Shown: piece after piece, positions 55,001 through 64,000 of the stretch
Layout of the letters: every line of letters starts with the position of its first letter
Numbering within the stretch: the first letter of the stretch is position 1
Assembly: GCA_964016885.1 (NCBI GenBank)
Contig: OZ024744.1
Span: forward strand, 19,592,001 to 19,656,000
Origin: Eledone cirrhosa
Lineage: Eukaryota
Length of the DNA stretch: 64,000 bases
Direction of reading: 5' to 3'
Notes under the pieces: model-generated
Told to the model about the DNA's origin: nothing
The model's database searches: none
The model's input: only the letters and a program-made list of their open reading frames with translations
Made by a program: the position numbers and the translations under genes

Positions 55001-58000
55001 TATAAGCTTTCACCGGATTTTAGAATAAAAAAATTTATAGCTTGATAGTGGGGTTCATAACCCTCGGAGAAATGGAAAAAGATGAGTGTTTCCACACATG
55101 GGCGTGGAACCCACATATTTTGTTATCCAGACCACTGTGCTACCATTACACCAATACACATCCCATCTCCTTCCATTCGAATTAGAAGCTATGAACTTAG
55201 CAAGTGAATGATAAACAAGCAAATTATAAACGTAAACATGTAAGTATTTTTTTGAAACGGTGCGCGAGTTTGAAATTAGAAATAATAAGCTTTCACCGTA
55301 TTTTACACTAAAGAAATTTATAGCTTGATAGTGGGGTTTATAACCCTCGGAGAAATGGCAAAAAATGAGTGTTGCCATACATGGGAGTCGAAGTCACATA
55401 TTTGGTTATCCAGACCACTGTGCTACAATTACACCAATACACATCCCTTCTCCTTCCATTCGAATTAGAAGCTATGAACTTAGCAAGTGAATGATAAACA
55501 AGCAAATTATAAACGTAAACATGTAAGCATGTTTTTGAAACGGTGCACGAGTTTGAAATTAGAAATTAGAAATTATAAGCTCTCACCGGATTTTAGACTA
55601 AAGAAATGTATAGCTTGATAGTGGGGTTTATAACCCTAGGAGAAATGGAAAAAGATGCGTGTTGCCATACCTGGGAGTCGAACCCACATCTTTGGTTATC
55701 CAGACCACTGTGCTACCATTACTACGAATACACATCCCATCTCCTTCCATTCGAATTAGAAGCTACGAAGTTAGCAAGTGAATGATAAACAAGCAAATTA
55801 TAAACGTAAACATGTAAGTATGTTTTTGAAACGGTGCACGAGTTTGAAAGTAGAAATTAGAAATTATAAGCTCTCACCGGATTTTAGACTAAAGAAATGT
55901 ATAGCTTAATAGTGGGGTTTATAACCCTCGGAGAAATGGAAAAAGAAGAGTGTTGCCATACATGGGAGTCGAACCGACATATTTGGTTATCCAAACCACT
56001 GTGCTTCCATTACACCAATGCATATCCCATCTCCTTCCATTCGAATTAGAAGCTATGAACTTAGCAAGTGAATGATAAACGAGCAAATTATAAACGTAAA
56101 CATGTAAGTATGTTTTTGAAACGGTGTGCTCGTTTGAAACTAGAGATTAGAAATTATAAGGTTTCACCGTATTTTAGACTAAATAAAATTATAGCTTGAT
56201 AGTGGGGATTATAACCCTCGGAGAAATGGAAAAAGATGAGTGTTGCCATACATGGGAGTCGAACCCACATCTTTGGTTATCCAGACCACTGTCCTACCAT
56301 TAGACCAATACACATCCCATCTCCTTCCATTCGAATTAGAAGCTATGAACTTAGCAAGTGAATGATAAAGAAGCAAATTATAAACGTAAACATGTAAGTA
56401 TGTTTTTGAAACGGTGCGCTCGTTTAAAATTAGAAATTACAAATTATAAGCTTTCACCGTATTTTAGAATAAAGAAATTTATAGCTTGATAGTGGGGTTT
56501 ATAACCCTCGGAGAAATGGAAAAAGATGAGTGTTGCCACACATGGGAGTCGAACCCACATATTTTGTTATCCAGACCACTGTGCTACCATTACACCAATA
56601 CACATCCCATCTCCTTCCATTCGAATTAGAAGCTATGAACTTAGCAAGTGAATGATAAACAAGCAAATTATAAACGTAAACATGTAAGTATGTTTTTGAA
56701 ATGGTGCGAGAGTTTGAAATTAGAAATTAGAAATTATAAGCTTTATCCGGATTTTAGACTAAAGAAATTTATAGCTTGATAGTGGGGTTTATAACCCTAG
56801 GAGAAATGGAAAAAGATGAGTGTTGCCACACATGGGAGTCGAACCCACATATTTTGTTATCCAGACCACTGTGCTACCATTACACCAATACACATCCCAT
56901 CTCCCTTCATTCGAATTAGAAGCTATGAACTTAGCAAGTGAATGATAAACAAGCAAATTATAAAAGTAAACATGTAAGTATGTTTATGAAACGGTGCGCG
57001 AGTTTGAAATTAGAAATTATAAATTATGAGCTTTCACCGGATTTTAGAATAAAAAAATTTATAGCTTGATAGTGGGGTTCATAACCCTCGGAGAAATGGA
57101 AAAAGATGAGTGTTGCCACACATGGGCGTGGAACCCACATATTTTGTTATCCAGACCACTGTGCTACCATTACACCAATACACATCCCATCTCCTTCCAT
57201 TCGAATTAGAAGCTATGAACTTAGCAAGTGAATGATAAACAAGCAAATTATAAACGTAAACATGTAAGTATTTTTTTGAAACGGTGCGCGAGTTTGAAAT
57301 TAGAAATAATAAGCTTTCACCGTATTTTACACTAAAGAAATTTATAGCTTGATAGTGGGGTTTATAACCCTCGGAGAAATGGCAAAAAATGAGTGTTGCC
57401 ACACATGGGAGTCGAAGCCACATATTTGGTTATCCAGACCACTGTGCTACACTTACACCAATACACATCCCTTCTCCTTCCATTCGAATTAGAAGCTATG
57501 AACTTAGCAAGTGAATGATAAACAAGCAAATTATAAACGTAAACATGTAAGTATTTTTTTGAAACGGTGCGCGAGTTTGAAATTAGAAATTAAAAATTAT
57601 AAGCTTTCACCATATTTTAGACTAAAGAAATTTATAGCTTGATAGTGGGGTTTATAACCCTCGGAGAAATGGCAAAAAATGAGTGTTGCCATACATGGTA
57701 GTCGAAGCCACATATTTGGTTATCCAGACCACTGTGCTACAATTACACCAATACACATCCCTTCTCCTTCCATTCGAATTAGAAGCTATGAACTTAGCAA
57801 GTGAATGATAAACAAGCAAATTATAAACGTAAACATGTAAGTATGTTTTTGAAACGGTGCACGAGTTTGAAAGTAGAAATTAGAAATTATAAGCTCTCAC
57901 CGGATTTTAGACTAAAGAAATGTATAGCTTAATAGTGGGGTTTATAACCCTCGGAGAAATGGAAAAAGAAGAGTGTTGCCATACATGGCAGTCGAACCGA

Positions 58001-61000
58001 CATATTTGGTTATCCAAACCACTGTGCTTCCATTACACCAATGCATATCCCATCTCCTTCCATTCGAATTAGAAGCTATGAACTTAGCAAGTGAATGATA
58101 AACGAGCAAATTATAAACGTAAACATGTAAGTATGTTTTTGAAACGGTGTGCTCGTTTGAAACTAGAAATTAGAAATTATAACGTTTCACCGTATTTTAG
58201 ACTAAATAAATTTATAGCTTGATAGTGGGGATTATAACCCTCGGAGAAATGGAAAAGGTGAGTGTTGCCATACATGGGAGTCGAACCCACATCTTTGGTT
58301 ATCCAGACCACTGTCCTACCATTAGACCAATACACATCCCATCTCCTTCCATTCGAATTAGAAGCTATGAACTTAGCAAGTGAATGATAAAGAAGCAAAT
58401 TATAAACGTAAACATGTAAGTATGTTTGTGAAACGGTGCGCTCGTTTAAAATCAGAAATTACAAATTATAAGCTTTCACCGTATTTTAGAATAAAGAAAT
58501 TTATAGCTTGATAGTGGGGTTTATAACCCTCGGAGAAATGGCAAAAAATGAGTGTTGCCATACATGGGAGTCGAAGCCACATATTTGGTTATCCAGACCA
58601 CTGTGCTACAATTACACCAATACACATCCCTTCTCCTTCCATTCGAATTAGAAGCTATGAACTTAGCAAGTGAATGATAAACAAGCAAATTATAAACGTA
58701 AACATGTAAGTATTTTTTTGAAACGGTGCGCGAGTTTGAAATTAGAAATTAAAAATTATAAGCTTTCACCGTATTTTAGACTAAAGAAATTTATAGCTTG
58801 ATAGTGGGGTTTATAACCCTCGGAGAAATGGCAAAAAATGAGTGTTGCCATACATGGGAGTCGAAGCCACATATTTGGTTATCCAGACCACTGTGCTACA
58901 ATTACACCAATACACATCCCTTCTCCTTCCATTCGAATTAGAAGCTATGAACTTAGCAAGTGAATGATAAACAAGCAAATTATAAACGTAAACATGTAAG
59001 CATGTTTTTGAAACGGTGCACGAGTTTGAAATTAGAAATTAGAAATTATAAGCTCTCACCGGATTTTAGACTAAAGTAATGTATAGCTTGATAGTGGGGT
59101 TTATAACCCTAGGAGAAATGGAAAAAGATGCGTGTTGCCATACCTAGGAGTCGAACCCACATCTTTGGTTATCCAGACCACTGTGCTACCATTACTACGA
59201 ATACACATCCCATCTCCTTCCATTCGAATTAGAAGCTACGAAGTTAGCAAGTGAATGATAAACAAGCAAATTATAAACGTAAACATGTAAGTATGTTTTT
59301 GAAACGGTGCGCTCGTTTAAAATTAGAAATTACAAATTATAAGCTTTCACCGTATTTTAGAATAAAGAAATTTATAGCTTGATAGTGGGGTTCATAACCC
59401 TCGGAGAATTGGAAAAAGATGAGTGTTGCCACACATGGGAGTCGAACCCACATATTTTGTTATCCAGACCACTGTGCTACCATTACACCAATACACATCC
59501 CATCTCCTTCCATTCGAATTAGAAGCTATGAACTTAGCAAGTGAATGATAAACAAGCAAATTATAAACGTAAACATGTAAGTATGTTTTTGAAATGGTGC
59601 GAGAGTTTGAAATTAGAAATTAGAAATTATAAGCTTTCACCGGATTTTAGACTAAAGTAATTTATAGCTTGATAGTGGGGTTTATAACCCTAGGAGAAAT
59701 GGAAAAAGATGAGTGTTGCCACACATTGGAGTAGAACCCACATATTTTGTTATCCAGACCACTGTGCTACCATTACACCAATACACATCCCATCTCCCTT
59801 CATTCGAATTAGAAGCTATGAACTTAGCAAGTGAATGATAAACAAGCAAATTATAAACGTAAACATGTAAGTATGTTTTTGAAACGGTGCGCGAGTTTGA
59901 AATTAGAAATTAGAAATTATAAGCTTTCACCGGATTTTAGAATAAAAAAATGTATAGCTTGATAGTGGGGTTCATAACCCTCGGAGAAATGGAAAAAGAT
60001 GAGTGTTGCCACACATGGGCGTGGAACCCACATATTTTGTTATCCAGACCACTGTGCTACCATTACACCAATACACATCCCATCTCCTTCCATTCGAATT
60101 AGAAGCTATGAACTTAGCAAGTGAATGATAAACAAGCAAATTATAAACGTAAACATGTAAGTATTTTTTTGAAACGGTGCGCGAGTTTGAAATTAGAAAT
60201 AATAAGCTTTCACCGTATTTTACACTAAAGAAATTTATAGCTTGATAGTGGGGTTTATAACCCTCGGAGAAATGGCAAAAAATGAGTGTTGCCACACATG
60301 GGAGTCGAAGCCACATATTTGGTTATCCAGACCACTGTGCTACAATTACACCAATACACATCCCTTCTCCTTCCATTCGAATTAGAAGCTATGAACTTAG
60401 CAAGTGAATGATAAACTAGCAAATTATAAACGTAAACATGTAAGTATTTTTTTGAAACGGTGCGCGAGTTTGAAATTAGAAATTAAAAATTATAAGCTTT
60501 CACCGTATTTTAGACTAAAGAAATTTATAGCTTGATAGTGGGGTTTACAACCCTCGGAGAAATGGCAAAAAATGAGTGTTGCCATACATGGGAGTCGAAG
60601 CCACATATTTGGTTATCCAGACCACTGTGATACAATTACACCAATACACATCCCTTCTCCTTCCATTCGAATTAGAAGCTATGAACTTAGCAAGTGAATG
60701 ATAAAGAAGCAAATTATAAACGTAAACATGTAAGTATGTTTTTGAAACGGTGTGCTCGTTTGAAACTAGAAATTAGAAATTATAACGTTTCACCGTATTT
60801 TAGACTAAATAAATTTATAGCTTGATAGTGGGGATTATAACCCTCGGAGAAATGGAAAAAGGTGAGTGTTGCCATACATGGGAGTCGAACCCACATCTTT
60901 GGTTATCCAGACCACTGTCCTACCATTAGACCAATACACATCCCATCTCCTTCCATTCGAATTAGAAGCTATGAACTTAGCAAGTGAATGATAAAGAAGC

Positions 61001-64000
61001 AAATTATAAACGTAAACATGTAAGTATGTTTGTGAAACGGTGCGCTCGTTTAAAATCAGAAATTACAAATTATAAGCTTTCACCGTATTTTAGAATAAAG
61101 AAATTTATAGCTTGATAGTGGGGTTTATAACCCTCGGAGAAATGGAAAAAGATGAGTGTTGCCACACATGGGAGTCGAACACACATATTTTGTTATCCAG
61201 ACCACTGTGCTACCATTACACCAATACACATCCCATCTCCTTCCATTCGAATTAGAAGCTATGAACTTAGCAAGTGAATGATAAACAAGCAAATTATAAA
61301 CGTAAACATGTAAGTATTTTTTTGAAACGGTGCGCGAGTTTGAAATTAGAAATAATAAGCTTTCACCGTATTTTACACTAAAGAAATTTATAGCTTGATA
61401 GTGGGGTTTATAACCCTCGGAGAAATGGCAAAAAATGAGTGTTGCCATACATGGGAGTCGAAGCCACATATTTGGTTATCCAGACCACTGTGCTACAATT
61501 ACACCAATACACATCCCTTCTCCTTCCATTCGAATTAGAAGCTATGAACTTAGCAAGTGAATGATAAACAAGCAAATTATAAACGTAAACATGTAAGCAT
61601 GTTTTTGAAACGGTGCACGAGTTTGAAATTAGAAATTAGAAATTATAAGCTCTCACCGGATTTTAGACTAAAGTAATGTATAGCTTGATAGTGGGGTTTA
61701 TAACCCTAGGAGAAATGGAAAAAGATGCGTGTTGCCATACCTGGGAGTCGAACCCACATCTTTGGTTATCCAGACCACTGTGCTACCATTACTACGAATA
61801 CACATCCCATCTCCTTCCATTCGAATTAGAAGCTACGAAGTTAGCAAGTGAATGATAAACAAGCAAATTATAAACGTAAACATGTAAGTATGTTTTTGAA
61901 ACGGTGCACGAGTTTGAAAGTAGAAATTAGAAATTATAAGCTCTCACCGGATTTTAGACTAAAGAAATGTATAGCTTAATAGTGGGGTTTATAACCCTCG
62001 GAGAAATGGAAAAAGAAGAGTGTTGCCATACATGGGAGTCGAACCGACATATTTGGTTATCCAAACCACTGTGCTTCCATTACACCAATGCATATCCCAT
62101 CTCCTTCCATTCGAATTAGAAGCTACGAAGTTAGCAAGTGAATGATAAACAAGCAAATTATAAACGTAAACATGTAAGTATGTTTTTGAAACGGTGCACG
62201 AGTTTGAAAGTAGAAATTAGAAATTATAAGCTCTCACCGGATTTTAGACTAAAGAAATGTATAGCTTAATAGTGGGGTTTATAACCCTCGGCGAAATGGA
62301 AAAAGAAGAGTGTTGCCATACATGGGAGTCGAACCGACATATTTGGTTATCCAAACCACTGTGCTTCCATTACACCAATGCATATCCCATCTCCTTCCAT
62401 TCGAATTAGAAGCTATGAACTTAGCAAGTGAATGATAAACGAGCAAATTATAAACGTAAACATGTAAGTATGTTTTTGAAACGGTGTGCTCGTTTGAAAC
62501 TAGAAATTAGAAATTATAAGTTTTCACCGTATTTTAGACTAAATAAATTTATAGCTTGATAGTGGGGTTTATAACCCTCGGAGAAATGGAAAAAGATGAG
62601 TGTTGCCATACATGGGAGTCGAAGCCACATATTTGGTTATCCAGACCACTGTGCTACAATTACACCAATACACATCCCTTCTCCTTCCATTCGAATTAGA
62701 AGCTATGAACTTAGCAAGTGAATGATAAACAAGCAAATTATAAACGTAAACATGTAAGCATGTTTTTGAAACGGTGCACGAGTTTGAAATTAGAAATTAG
62801 AAATTATAAGCTCTCACCGGATTTTAGACTAAAGTAATGTATAGCTTTATAGTGGGGTTTATAACCCTAAGAGAAATGGAATAAGATGCGTGTTGCCATA
62901 CCTGGGAGTCGAACCCACATCTTTGGTTATCCAGACCACTGTGCTACCATTACTACGAATACACATCCCATCTCCTTCCATTCGAATTAGAAGCTACGAA
63001 GTTAGCAAGTGAATGATAAACAAGCAAATTATAAACGTAAACATGTAAGTATGTTTTTGAAACGGTGCACGAGTTTGAAAGTAGAAATTAGAAATTATAA
63101 GCTCTCACCGGATTTTAGACTAAAGAAATGTATAGCTTAATAGTGGGGTTTATAACCCTCGGAGAAATGGAAAAAGAAGAGTGTTGCCATACATGGGAGT
63201 CGAACCGACATATTTGGTTATCCAAACCACTGTGCTTCCATTACACCAATGCATATCCCATCTCCTTCCATTCGAATTAGAAGCTATGAACTTAGCAAGT
63301 GAATGATAAACGAGCAAATTATAAACGTAAACATGTAAGTATGTTTTTGAAACGGTGTGCTCGTTTGAAACTAGAAATTAGAAATTATAAGGTTTCACCG
63401 TATTTTAGACTAAATAAATTTATAGCTTGATAGTGGGGATTATAACCCTCGGAGAAATGGAAAAAGATGAGTGTTGCCATACATGGGAGTCGAACCCACA
63501 TCTTTGGTTATCCAGACCACTGTCCTACCATTAGACCAATACACATCCCATCTCCTTCCATTCGAATTAGAAGCTATGAACTTAGCAAGTGAATGATAAA
63601 GAAGCAAATTATAAACGTAAACATGTAAGTATGTTTTTGAAACGGTGCGCTCGTTTAAAATTAGAAATTACAAATTATAAGCTTTCACCGTATTTTAGAA
63701 TAAAGAAATTTATAGCTTGATAGTGGGGTTTATAACCCTCGGAGAAATGGAAAAAGATGAGTGTTGCCACACATGGGAGTCGAACCCACATATTTTGTTA
63801 TCCAGACCACTGTGCTACCATTACACCAATACACATCCCATCTCCTTCCATTCGAATTAGAAGCTATGAACTTAGCAAGTGAATGATAAACAAGCAAATT
63901 ATAAACGTAAACATGTAAGTATCTTTTTGAAATGGTGCGAGAGTTTGAAATTAGAAATTAGAAATTATAAGCTTTCACCGGATTTTAGACTAAAGAAATG
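49020..64000. repeat. More divergent sub-family domain with short, irregular higher-order blocks (4-, 7- and 10-monomer offsets; single-monomer duplications)
   Basis: ORF offsets are 50361/52390 (2029), 55055/57079 (2024), 57079/59972 (2893) and 59972/61125 (1153). The markers ggcaaaaaatg, gtcgaagccac and gaaccgac were not seen left of ~49.8 kb. Confidence 0.8.

Larger units (their letters stand above)
1..64000. repeat. Tandem satellite array, ~290-bp monomer, ~220 head-to-tail copies, running off both ends of the window
   Basis: The same motifs (ggagaaatggaaaaagatgagtgttgcc; tcgaattagaagctatgaacttagcaagtgaatgataaac; tataagctttcacc) recur every 289-291 bp from base 1 to 64000. Exceptions are 276-bp and 283-bp deletion monomers. 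No unique sequence, insertion or inversion was seen. Confidence 0.99.

Noticed and set aside
269-61469. The 60-114 aa minus-strand ORFs (MLVYHSLAKFIASNSNGRRWDVYW...)
   Set aside because: They are translations of the satellite monomer. Their presence depends on 1-bp indels in an A-run, most lack an ATG start, there is no recognisable domain, and most monomers have stops or frameshifts.
1-64000. CRISPR array
   Set aside because: There are no unique spacers; the whole 290-bp unit is repeated, and there are no cas genes.
1-64000. 5S rDNA or snRNA tandem array
   Set aside because: The unit size is plausible, but I see no 5S A/IE/C-box sequence or snRNA motifs; the internal promoter is tRNA-type.
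1-64000. Dispersed SINE or transposon insertions, or strand inversions
   Set aside because: No target-site duplications, poly-A tails, terminal repeats, foreign sequence or orientation switches were seen. SINE ancestry of the monomer cannot be excluded.
1-64000. Assignment to a named species or to a functional centromere
   Set aside because: I do not recognise the monomer, and centromere status needs CENH3 or cytological data.

Overview
The whole 64 kb window is one uninterrupted, head-to-tail tandem array of an AT-rich ~290-bp monomer (about 220 copies, all in the same orientation). It looks like eukaryotic satellite DNA; the organism cannot be identified from the sequence. There are no credible protein-coding genes: every ORF in the track is the same monomer read on the minus strand. 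Each monomer carries, on the minus strand, a 71-nt tRNA-like cloverleaf with Pol III A and B boxes and a T5-T6 run about 9 nt downstream, i.e. the layout of a type-2 Pol III transcription unit. The two main monomer classes differ by a compensatory pair swap in the D-stem (C12-G23 vs G12-C23). The acceptor stem is degenerate and the anticodon loop (CU-GGA-UA) is non-canonical, so this is best read as a tRNA-derived satellite rather than an array of functional tRNA genes. Monomer variants are arranged in nested local higher-order repeats (3-, 4-, 6-, 7-, 8-, 17-, 18-, 20-, 22- and 26-monomer offsets), and sub-families turn over from left to right. All comparisons were done by eye, so block boundaries are approximate.
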